Assembly: GCF_007748075.1 (NCBI RefSeq)
Contig: NZ_CP036280.1
Span: 1,500,001-1,532,000, forward strand
Source: Mucisphaera calidilacus
GTDB lineage: Bacteria > Planctomycetota > Phycisphaerae > Phycisphaerales > Phycisphaeraceae
Direction of reading: 5' to 3'
DNA length: 32,000 bases
This document shows, piece by piece, positions 16,633 through 24,899 of the stretch. A program made the position numbers and the translations under genes. Positions within the stretch are counted from its first letter, which is position 1. The number at the start of each line of letters is the position of its first letter. The notes beneath the pieces were generated by a model. That model had not been told where the DNA came from and ran no database searches. It saw only the letters and a list, made by a program, of their open reading frames with translations.

Positions 16633-18549
16633 CTATGGCTCCGGATAAAGCACCCAGTCGCAATCAATCAGTTCATCGTTCTCATCAAGCTCAGGCAGCC
16701 TCGGCCAATTCGTCGTCTCATCCACACGCCCACCATCGTCATCACCATCAAGACCCCGCCCGTACACCATCAGGTCCCCATCCTCCATCGCCCGCAACAG
16801 GTAAGGCCTTCCCTTTAAGTCCGACGCATCCGCGTATACCCTCGGCAGATACCCCGGCACCATCGCCGCCTGATCCGCCGGCCAACGCCCGTGCTCCCGC
16901 TTGAACACCTCCGCCGCCAACCGGATCACCACCGCATCACGCACGCTCCGGGTTTGTCCCTCCGTGCGCAAAACGCCTTCCAAAGCGGGCATCAGCATCA
17001 CTACCGGGAAATACCGTACGCCATACAGGCTGTAGGGATCTTCGCTCAACGCCACGATCTGCTCACCCAGATCGAACTCATGCAGCTCGGCAAGACTGTA
17101 CTTCGACGCCTCGATGATCTGTTCGTAATACGCATCCGCAACACGCTCCATCTCCCATCGCGGCGCAATCACCGCAGCGACAAGAGGGGTACTCGACGAC
17201 TGCAGCATACGCATGGCGATTTCCGTGTTCTTGACACTGCCTTCAATTCCCTCTATAAGATAATCGTAATTCGCTAAGACCAGAACACCCTCATCCGTCA
17301 TCCAGCCGCTCGGGCTGTAGATCCGATCGAAGTAATCTTCCATGAAGAAATCTCGCTCGAAGTAGATCCCCTCGACCACCGAGACATCGGCTACGGCCAA
17401 CTCATGCGCCAACGCCACCAGCTGTGAATCCGTCAGCAGCCCCGGGTCATCACGCAGGACCGCCCGCAGTTCTTCCAGCCGGTACGCCTGAATCGAAACC
17501 TTCACCAATTCACTGATCAGGAACGGCTGCTCCGCCGACCACGCCGCCAGACGACCGGTCGCCATGAAGTACGCCACAAACGCCTCGCCATCACCACGCG
17601 CAGCCGCGTCACGCATCGCCAGCCTAAAACTCCGCGCAATCTGCCTCTGAATCGAGAGATGCGGCAGCAGCACATGCAGCGTGCTCTGCGCCATCAGACG
17701 ATCCTCTGTCCGCAGCGAGTCCCAGTCCGGTGCCTCGGGCTGTCCCGACGCCTCATTACCCGTCGGGTTGTTCATCGCACGCCAGTCGTCCGGCTCCATG
17801 TCGTACTCAAAACCCACCCGAAAACCAAGGTACGGATAAGCCGTTAACGCCCGCAGCCGCTCAAGCGTCGCCGCGTTCTCCGCCAGATAAGCCTCCGCCA
17901 ACGGCCACAAACGCCCGTCAGGCTTCAACTTATTGACGTGATTCGGAATCTCGCCATCGACCTGATCCTCCACATCCTCCGGATCGAGTTTGCCCGACGC
18001 TTCCAGCTCGTGCAACGCACCGCTGAGCATCAGCGCCCTGAGCTCCGGCCACGCCTGATCCCTCTCCGCCTGAGCGTCCACGGACGCGTTCATCAGCGCA
18101 ATGATGTTCTCCCTTGGCCGCGGCTCGCCCATCATGAACCACAGGATCGCGGCCACATACAACACCGCCGTCACCCCCACCACGCGCCCCACCAGCACCC
18201 GCGCGTGATACACCACCGAACGCTGCCGCTTCTTCGCCCGTCGGATCAGCCGCGCCGCCTGGCGCACATCACCAAACCGTTCCACCAGTTCCTCCGCCGA
18301 CGCGCCCGCCTCGACACCATCCGCAAAATGCGCCACCAGCTCCCGCGCCACATCCGCCTTTTCACGCCGCCACAACCCCGACCGCCCCACCACCTCACGC
18401 ACCAGCCCCCGGCAGGGCTCGGGGATCGCCGCCGAGACAATCACCCACTTCCAGTCATACCGCCCCGACAACCGCCCGCGAATCCAATCCTTCATCGGCG
18501 TCGTCCGCATCTTCTGCCACACCCCCGGAACCGGTGACCGTGCGCTCAT
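16633..18549 (-). CDS. single-pass membrane protein, DUF1700/HAAS-like cytoplasmic head plus ~500-aa ectodomain (paralog B)
   Basis: ATG 18549 overlaps the stop of paralog A (ATGA). Head motif EKADVARELVAHFADGVEAGASAEELVERFGDVRQAARLIRRAKKRQR. TM helix VLVGRVVGVTAVLYVAAILWFMM. G/T-ending codon bias typical of - strand genes here. Confidence 0.85.
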   Translation of the reverse strand: MSARSPVPGVWQKMRTTPMKDWIRGRLSGRYDWKWVIVSAAIPEPCRGLVREVVGRSGLWRREKADVARELVAHFADGVEAGASAEELVERFGDVRQAARLIRRAKKRQRSVVYHARVLVGRVVGVTAVLYVAAILWFMMGEPRPRENIIALMNASVDAQAERDQAWPELRALMLSGALHELEASGKLDPEDVEDQVDGEIPNHVNKLKPDGRLWPLAEAYLAENAATLERLRALTAYPYLGFRVGFEYDMEPDDWRAMNNPTGNEASGQPEAPDWDSLRTEDRLMAQSTLHVLLPHLSIQRQIARSFRLAMRDAAARGDGEAFVAYFMATGRLAAWSAEQPFLISELVKVSIQAYRLEELRAVLRDDPGLLTDSQLVALAHELAVADVSVVEGIYFERDFFMEDYFDRIYSPSGWMTDEGVLVLANYDYLIEGIEGSVKNTEIAMRMLQSSSTPLVAAVIAPRWEMERVADAYYEQIIEASKYSLAELHEFDLGEQIVALSEDPYSLYGVRYFPVVMLMPALEGVLRTEGQTRSVRDAVVIRLAAEVFKREHGRWPADQAAMVPGYLPRVYADASDLKGRPYLLRAMEDGDLMVYGRGLDGDDDGGRVDETTNWPRLPELDENDELIDCDWVLYPEP

Positions 18550-18564
18550 GCCGCACCCCCCGTC
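18154..18564. repeat. 411-nt near-identical segment, copy in paralog B (pairs with 20139-20549)
   Basis: About 13 mismatches by eye over 411 nt (~97%). Covers 15 nt upstream of the ATG plus the first ~132 codons. Confidence 0.9.
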
Positions 18565-20534
18565 GCTAACCCGTGCCTCTGCCGCACCGGATACAACACC
18601 CAGTCACAGTCCGGCATCACCTCATCATCATAGTTGTAATCCAACTGCGGCCACGGCCGCTCGCCCCGCACACCCCCATCATCATCACCATCGAGCCCAC
18701 GCCCATAAATCATCAACCCGCCCTCATCATCCACTCGAAGAATCAACGGTCGAAGCGCCTCATCCGACTCATCGACATACACCTTCGGCAGATAACGAGG
18801 CACCATTTCAGCCTGATCCGCAGGCCATACCCCCTGATCCCGTCGATATAATTCCGCCGCCATCGCGATCATCAAACCATCTTGTGCAAGACGCCCCTGA
18901 GTCTCATTCTTGTAGCAAGCAGATAACGCTGGCGTGAACATAAAGATGGGGATATACCGAAACTTCATCCACGTCGAGTCAGACAGCCGCTCCAGATCAC
19001 TGTAGTACCCATACATCTTGCCATAGGGCATGGCGCCATACGCATGGGTCTCCGCGTAGCACCGATCAGCCATCGCCTGCATCGCATCACGATCCGCCAA
19101 CACCATCGACGCGATCGGCGTACCCAACCGATACAACCACCGTGAAGTCACAATGTCACTGAACAACTTGTGGCCCCAGGTTGGTGCTGTGTCCTCTTCT
19201 TCACCACCCCGACCATAAGCGTAGTTCTCAAACTGGAGCAGGCACTCCAGCCCCTCATCCGTGAGTTGGCCGTTCTTGCTGTAGATCCGGTCCAGAAATT
19301 CCTCCATAAAGAATCGCTGCTCTGACTCGATCCCCTCTCGAACCGAAAACGTCATACTCGCGAGCTGATGACACAACGCCCGTAGTTCCGAACGGTAATA
19401 CACCTCGGCATCATCTCTGAGGAATTGACCAACGCGCTCTAATGCCTCCTTCTTGATGTTGATGTCGACCAGACAGCAGATCATCATTGGCAGCTCACGT
19501 GCCCAGTCACCGATTCGTTGCATCGCCTTGACGCACGTCAGCACCCGCTCCGTATCACCTCGATAATGCGCCGCCACCATCTCGACCTGAATCAGCCTGG
19601 ACATGCGTCGCAATACCCCCAGATGCGGCAGCAGCACATGGATGCTGGATTGCCTGACAAGGCGCTTCGCCGTCGGCATCGCCGACCAGTCCGGCTCAGG
19701 CTCGTACCCGATGCCTTCCTTCGCACTGTCTCCGTAAAGCATCCGCAGATCTTCTTCATCCAGCCGGTACTCGAAATCAACGCGAAAACCCAGGTGTTCG
19801 ATCTCCGTTGCTGCCAGAATCTTCTCAATCGTTGACTCCGCCCGTTCGAGAAACACACCTACCCTCGGCCACGCCGGATGCTCAGGCGTCAGGTCACCCA
19901 GGAAGACAGTCTCATCCTCATCCCCTTCCAACTCTTCAGGCAGCATATCTTCCGACTTCGGATACATGCCCGACCATAAATCCAGGGAGGGATTGCGAGA
20001 GGATATCTCGATCTCCCTCAGAATCGGCCACGCCCGCTCTTCCACAGGCACATCCGCGATCGGCGCATTGATCCGCGCCACCAGCTCATCAATGCTCAAC
20101 GGCTGCGGCTCCCCAACCATCATCCACCCAGTGAGCAGCACATACAACGCCGCCGTCACCCCCACCACGCGCCCCACCAGCACCCGCGCGTGATACACCA
20201 CCGAACGCTGTCGCTTCTTCGCTCGCCGGATCAGCCGCGCCGCCTGGCGCACATCACCAAACCGTTCCACCAGTTCCTCCGCCGACGCGCCCGCCTCGAC
20301 ACCATCAGCAAAATGCGCCACCAGCTCCCGCGCCACATCCGCCTTTTCACGCCGCCACAACCCCAACCGCCCCACCACCTCACGCACCAGCCCCCGGCAG
20401 GACTCGGGGATCGCCGCCGAGACAACTACCCACTCCCAGTCATACCGACCCGAGAACCGCCCGCGAATCCAATCCTTCATCGGCGTCGTCCGCATCTTCT
20501 GCCACACCCCCGGAACCGGTGACCGTGCACTCAT
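18546..20534 (-). CDS. single-pass membrane protein, DUF1700/HAAS-like cytoplasmic head plus ~520-aa ectodomain (paralog A)
   Basis: ATG 20534 overlaps the padR stop (ATGA). The N-terminal ~130 aa are nearly identical to paralog B. The ectodomain is homologous but strongly diverged. Confidence 0.85.
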   Translation of the reverse strand: MSARSPVPGVWQKMRTTPMKDWIRGRFSGRYDWEWVVVSAAIPESCRGLVREVVGRLGLWRREKADVARELVAHFADGVEAGASAEELVERFGDVRQAARLIRRAKKRQRSVVYHARVLVGRVVGVTAALYVLLTGWMMVGEPQPLSIDELVARINAPIADVPVEERAWPILREIEISSRNPSLDLWSGMYPKSEDMLPEELEGDEDETVFLGDLTPEHPAWPRVGVFLERAESTIEKILAATEIEHLGFRVDFEYRLDEEDLRMLYGDSAKEGIGYEPEPDWSAMPTAKRLVRQSSIHVLLPHLGVLRRMSRLIQVEMVAAHYRGDTERVLTCVKAMQRIGDWARELPMMICCLVDINIKKEALERVGQFLRDDAEVYYRSELRALCHQLASMTFSVREGIESEQRFFMEEFLDRIYSKNGQLTDEGLECLLQFENYAYGRGGEEEDTAPTWGHKLFSDIVTSRWLYRLGTPIASMVLADRDAMQAMADRCYAETHAYGAMPYGKMYGYYSDLERLSDSTWMKFRYIPIFMFTPALSACYKNETQGRLAQDGLMIAMAAELYRRDQGVWPADQAEMVPRYLPKVYVDESDEALRPLILRVDDEGGLMIYGRGLDGDDDGGVRGERPWPQLDYNYDDEVMPDCDWVLYPVRQRHGLATGGAA

Positions 20535-20549
20535 GCCGCACCCCCCGTC
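20139..20549. repeat. 411-nt near-identical segment, copy in paralog A / padR 3' end
   Basis: See 18154-18564. The offset between copies is 1985 nt. Confidence 0.9.
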
Positions 20550-20878
20550 TGAGGCTCCGCGATCCCCAGCGACTTCATCGCCTCAACCAGCCGCAACCAC
20601 TGCGCCGTGTCACCCGCCAGCTTCTTCTTCCCCCGACCCGTCAGGCTGTAATACTTCCTCGGCCGAGGGCCAGCCTCGTCCGTCCGCGAGACGATCAGAC
20701 CCTTCGCCTCCAGGTTGTACAGCATCGGATAGAGCGTCGACTGCCCCATCGCCAGCAACCCGCCCGACTGCCGGTCCAGCGCCTGCACCAGCTCATACCC
20801 GTACCGCTCGCCCGCCTCCAGCAGCTTCAGCACCGCCAGCGGTCCCGCACCCCGCATCAACTCGCGTTCCAGTTTCAT
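20531..20878 (-). CDS. padR: PadR-family transcriptional regulator
   Basis: MKLERELMRGAGPLAVLKLLEAGERYGYELVQAL...GQSTLYPMLYNLEAKGLI......PRKYYSLT..G is the PadR winged-HTH pattern. ATG 20878 with a GAGG RBS is preferred over GTG 20890. Confidence 0.9.
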   Translation of the reverse strand: MKLERELMRGAGPLAVLKLLEAGERYGYELVQALDRQSGGLLAMGQSTLYPMLYNLEAKGLIVSRTDEAGPRPRKYYSLTGRGKKKLAGDTAQWLRLVEAMKSLGIAEPQTGGAA

Positions 20879-20897
20879 AAGACACCTCACTCAGTAG

Positions 20898-20914
20898 ACT
20901 ATGCACAGCATAGT
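20898..20914. promoter_or_regulatory. 7-3-7 inverted repeat upstream of padR (candidate operator)
   Basis: ACTATGC aca GCATAGT, about 20 nt upstream of the padR ATG in the padR/arsR divergent region. Binding is not demonstrated. Confidence 0.3.
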
Positions 20915-20986
20915 ATGCATCGCCCGATACGTCAAGCGTCTTGAATCTTAAAATATCTCGTTTTATGGAAATATGTCGAACTGTCG

Positions 20987-21343
20987 ATGTATTCAACACT
21001 CATGAGCTGCACACAACCCACCACCGACCCCCTGCCCATGGGACTCCTCGAACAGGCCGCCGACGCCCTACGCGTCCTCGCTCACCCGCACCGCCTCAAA
21101 ATCGTCGAGATCCTCCTCCAGCAGCGGCTCACCGTCGGCCAACTCGCCACCGAACTCCGCCTCCCCCAGGCCGCCGTCTCCGGACACCTCACACAGATGC
21201 GCGCCCACGACCTCCTCCGCGTCGAACGCGAAGGCCGAACCGCCTACTACCGCATCTGCCACCCCGCCGCCCACTTCATCATCAACTGCCTCACCACACA
21301 CCGGGACCAACTCTCCATCCACACCAACCAGGAAGCATCATGA
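20987..21343 (+). CDS. ArsR/SmtB-family transcriptional regulator
   Basis: LRVLAHPHRLKIVEILL...LTVGQLA.EL.L.QAAVSGHL..MR...LL...REGR..YY. Alternative ATG at 21002. Its stop overlaps the next start (ATGA). Confidence 0.88.
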   Translation: MYSTLMSCTQPTTDPLPMGLLEQAADALRVLAHPHRLKIVEILLQQRLTVGQLATELRLPQAAVSGHLTQMRAHDLLRVEREGRTAYYRICHPAAHFIINCLTTHRDQLSIHTNQEAS

Positions 21344-23022
21344 CCAACACCACACCCCTCAAACTCGTCATCGTCGGCGGCGTCGCCGGCGGAGCATCCG
21401 CCGCCGCCCGCGCCCGACGCATGAACGAACACGCCGAGATCATCCTCCTGGAGAAAGACCGCGACGTCTCCTTCGCCAACTGCGGACTCCCCTACTACCT
21501 AGGCGGCGAAATCACCGACCGCAACAAACTCACCGTCGCCTCCGCCGACCTCCTCCGCAAACGCTTCCGCATCGACGTCCGCACCATGACCGAGGCCGTC
21601 GCCATCAACCGCGACGCCAGAACCGTCACCGTCACAAACCACACCACCAACACCACCGAAGACCTCCCCTACGACAAGGTCATCCTCGCTCCAGGCGCCA
21701 GCCCCATCCGGCCCCCCGTCGGATGCGACCAGTGCCCAGGTGTCTTCACCCTCCGCAACCTCCACGACACCGACGACATCCACGACCACCTCGACAGAAT
21801 CGACAACAAACACGCCCTCGTCGTCGGCGGCGGCTACATCGGCATCGAGATGGCCGAACAACTCGTCGAACGCGGACACCCCGTCACCCTCGTCGAACGC
21901 GCCGAACAGGTACTCGCCCTCCTCGACCCCGAAATGGCACAGCCCGGCGCCAAGGCACTCACCGACAACGGCATCGACCTCCGCACTAGCGACGAGGTCG
22001 TCAACATCGAACGCAGCGACAACACCATCCACGCCACACTCAAGTCAGGCGCAACCCTCGACGTCGGCATCATCATCTTCGGCATCGGCGTCATCCCCAA
22101 CACCAAACTCGCCACCGACGCCGGCCTCGACACCGGACAGACAAGAGGCATCACCGTCGACCGCTACATGCGCACCTCCGACCCCGACATCTACGCCGTC
22201 GGCGACGCCGTCGAGTACGTCTACGGGCCCACCGGGCAATCCATGCGCATCGCCCTCGCCGGCCCCGCCAACCGCGCCGGACGCATCGCAGGCGAGCACG
22301 CCGTCACCGGAGAGTCACAGCCCATGGGCGACGTCTTCGGGACCTCCATCGTCCGCGTCTTCAACGTCGCCGCAGGACTCACCGGCCTCACCGCACGATC
22401 CGCCGAACGCTTCGGCATCGACGCCAACACCGTCACCGTCATCGCCAACCACCACGCCGGCTACTTCCCCGGCGCCAAGCCCGTCACCCTCAAACTCACC
22501 TACGCACCCGACACCGGCAAGGTCCTCGGCGCCCAGGCCGTCGGCGAGCAGGGCATCGACAAGCGACTCGACGTCATCGCCACCCTCATGGCCATGAACG
22601 GCACCGTCCGCGACCTCGCCAACCTCGACCTCGCCTACGCCCCTCCCTTCGGCTCCGCCAAGGACGTCCTCCATATGGCTGCCTTCGCCGCCTCCAACCA
22701 GCTCGACGGCTTCGACACCTTCCTGCCCGCCAACACCGACCTCGCCGATGATCAGGTCGTTGACGTCCGCACCGACGCCGAAGTCGCAAAGTCCCCCCTG
22801 CCCGCCGAGTCCGCCGTCACCCACATCCCCCTTGACGACCTCCGTGACCGACTCGGCGAACTCGACGCCGACCGACCCACCGTCGTCAGCTGCGCCTCCG
22901 GACTCCGCAGCCACGTCGCCGCACGCATCCTCCTCCAGAACAACTTCAAGGCCGTCTTCGAACTCTCCGGCGGCGCTACCATCCGCAACCGCGCCGTGGC
23001 CAGCCAGCCCGCCAACGCATAA
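21340..23022 (+). CDS. CoA-disulfide reductase-type FAD oxidoreductase fused to a C-terminal rhodanese domain (persulfide reductase-like)
   Basis: ATG 21340. VIVGGVAGGASAAARARR (FAD site), SFANCGLPYY (CoADR redox Cys), VVGGGYIGIEMAEQL (NAD(P)H site), AVGDA. C-terminal rhodanese with the VVSCASGLRS loop. The N-terminal part of ORF 20941..23022 is spurious. Confidence 0.88.
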   Translation: MTNTTPLKLVIVGGVAGGASAAARARRMNEHAEIILLEKDRDVSFANCGLPYYLGGEITDRNKLTVASADLLRKRFRIDVRTMTEAVAINRDARTVTVTNHTTNTTEDLPYDKVILAPGASPIRPPVGCDQCPGVFTLRNLHDTDDIHDHLDRIDNKHALVVGGGYIGIEMAEQLVERGHPVTLVERAEQVLALLDPEMAQPGAKALTDNGIDLRTSDEVVNIERSDNTIHATLKSGATLDVGIIIFGIGVIPNTKLATDAGLDTGQTRGITVDRYMRTSDPDIYAVGDAVEYVYGPTGQSMRIALAGPANRAGRIAGEHAVTGESQPMGDVFGTSIVRVFNVAAGLTGLTARSAERFGIDANTVTVIANHHAGYFPGAKPVTLKLTYAPDTGKVLGAQAVGEQGIDKRLDVIATLMAMNGTVRDLANLDLAYAPPFGSAKDVLHMAAFAASNQLDGFDTFLPANTDLADDQVVDVRTDAEVAKSPLPAESAVTHIPLDDLRDRLGELDADRPTVVSCASGLRSHVAARILLQNNFKAVFELSGGATIRNRAVASQPANA

Positions 23023-23046
23023 CCAGCACCAGAAAGCGAGATCACC

Positions 23047-23616
23047 ATGACCACGCTCAACAACAACATCGCCTTCGGCACCATCAAGCCCCAGAGGCTC
23101 GCCGAGATCCTCCACGAAAACCCCGACACCCACCTCATCGACGTGCGCACGCCCGCCGAGTACCGACAGGTCCACATACCCCAGGCACGGCTCATGCCAC
23201 TCGATTCCCTCGACCCCGCGGAAGTCCGCGAATACGCCGCCGACGACAAAACCCTCTACGTCGTCTGCCACGCAGGCGGCCGAGGCGCCAAGGCCTGCGA
23301 ACAACTCGCCGAAGCCGGCATCACCACCGTCGTCAACGTCGAGGGCGGAACCACCGCGTGGGCCGACGCCGGACTCCCCGTCGTCCGCACCAATGGCATG
23401 ATCTCCATCATGCGCCAGGTCCAGATCATCGCAGGTTCACTCATCCTCCTCGGCGTCGTCCTCGGCATCCTCGTCCACCCCTACCTCGTCGGCATCTCCG
23501 CCTTCGTCGGCGCAGGACTCCTCTTCGCCGGACTCACCGACACCTGCGGCATGGCCATCATCCTCGCACGCATGCCATGGTACAACGCCCCCAACGTCAA
23601 AAACTGCTCGATCTGA
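23047..23616 (+). CDS. YgaP-like rhodanese domain protein with C-terminal two-TM (DUF2892-like) anchor
   Basis: LIDVRTP.EY...HIP.A, active-site loop VVCHAGGRG, then MRQVQIIAGSLILLGVVLGIL...FVGAGLLFAGLTDTCGMA. Confidence 0.85.
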   Translation: MTTLNNNIAFGTIKPQRLAEILHENPDTHLIDVRTPAEYRQVHIPQARLMPLDSLDPAEVREYAADDKTLYVVCHAGGRGAKACEQLAEAGITTVVNVEGGTTAWADAGLPVVRTNGMISIMRQVQIIAGSLILLGVVLGILVHPYLVGISAFVGAGLLFAGLTDTCGMAIILARMPWYNAPNVKNCSI

Positions 23617-23643
23617 AACACACCCGCGAACGCAAACCCCCCG

Positions 23644-24750
23644 TCAGGTCACGTTCAACGTCGGACGATCCGCCGCCTCCGACATCAGGTGCATCGACAC
23701 CTGCGACACCAAACCGCGCGACAACTCCGATAGATCACGCGCCAACGCGTCGTCGCCCGTGAAGTTCGCCGACGGATCACCCGCGTCCGCGTTGTAACGC
23801 AGTGCCGTGTTGATCGGGATCCGACCCAGGAACGGAATCCCCGACTGCTGCGCCATCAACTCCGCACCGCCCTTGCCGAAGATGTCATACTCCTTGCCGT
23901 CGTCACCGATGAAGTAACTCATGTTCTCGACGACACCCAGCACCTCGATCCGCATCTGCCGGAACATCGCCACCGCACGACGCGCATCATCCTGAGCCAC
24001 CTTCTGAGGCGTGCATACCACCACCGCGCCCGTCAGAGGCAGCAGTTGTGCCATCGTCAGCGGAACATCACCCGTACCGGGCGGCAGATCGATGATCAGG
24101 TAATCCAAATCACCCCAGAGCGTCTGGCTGATCAACTGCCGAAACGCACCGTGCGCCATCGGCCCACGCCAGATCAGCGGCTTCTCATCCTCCACCAGCG
24201 ACCCCAGCGACATCGCCTTCACACCATGCACCTCGAAAGGCAGCAGGTGCTTACCCTCAGCCTTCGCCTCAAAACGATCCAGACCCATCATCGTCGGCAG
24301 CGACGGACCATAAATATCCCCGTCCAGAATCCCCACCTTCGCACCCTGACGCGCCAACCCCACCGCAAGGTTCACCGACACCGTCGACTTGCCCACCCCG
24401 CCTTTGCCCGCTCCCACCGCGATGATGTGCTTCACCCCCGGCAGGTCCACACCCTCCGACTCCGGCTGCTTGGGCTTGCTCTCACCCCCGCCGCCCTGCG
24501 CCAGCCCCGTCGTGAACTCGATCTCAACACCCTCCACGCCCGCTTCAATCCCCCGCAGAGCCGCCGTCACCCGCGACCGCAACTCCGACTTCAGCGACTC
24601 GTGCAGCGAAGAAACCTTCAACTGTAACCGCACCACGCCACCGTCAATCGACACGTGACGCACCATGTTCAGCGTCACCAGATCACGCTGTAACTCCGGG
24701 TCCAGGACCCCCCCAAGGGCCTCCATAACCTGTTGCTGACTGATCGACAT
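23644..24750 (-). CDS. apbC: Mrp/NBP35-family Fe-S cluster carrier ATPase
   Basis: ORF trimmed to ATG 24750, with RBS AGGAGA upstream. N-terminal DUF59/MIP18-like region (V..AL..V.DPEL..DLV.L.MV). Walker A is GKGGVGKST. DLPPGTGD also present. Confidence 0.9.
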   Translation of the reverse strand: MSISQQQVMEALGGVLDPELQRDLVTLNMVRHVSIDGGVVRLQLKVSSLHESLKSELRSRVTAALRGIEAGVEGVEIEFTTGLAQGGGGESKPKQPESEGVDLPGVKHIIAVGAGKGGVGKSTVSVNLAVGLARQGAKVGILDGDIYGPSLPTMMGLDRFEAKAEGKHLLPFEVHGVKAMSLGSLVEDEKPLIWRGPMAHGAFRQLISQTLWGDLDYLIIDLPPGTGDVPLTMAQLLPLTGAVVVCTPQKVAQDDARRAVAMFRQMRIEVLGVVENMSYFIGDDGKEYDIFGKGGAELMAQQSGIPFLGRIPINTALRYNADAGDPSANFTGDDALARDLSELSRGLVSQVSMHLMSEAADRPTLNVT

Positions 24751-24899
24751 CAATAAATCTCCTGATTGCAACGATCCTAGGAACTTCACCACCCCAAGGC
24801 CAATACGAACTTTTCCCATCGACCTGCAATCAACGCCACACCCACGCGTTACGTCTCATGGAATCACGATAAGCAACCCCGAAAGGGAAAGGACAAGCC

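Noticed and set aside
18154-20549. The 411-nt repeat, the 391-nt repeat and the 71-nt tail repeat as assembly artefacts
   Set aside because: All copies are in frame, carry a few point differences, and are embedded in distinct flanking sequence. This argues for real duplications. Read-level confirmation is still advisable.
22315-23304. Long - strand ORFs rich in G/V/E/D/A (for example 2627..3187, 3857..4534, 7267..8118, 11947..12561, 15405..16073, 22315..23304, 29658..30545)
   Set aside because: They are antisense to well-supported + strand genes. Their composition is the mirror image of the C-rich strand, and they show no recognisable motifs.
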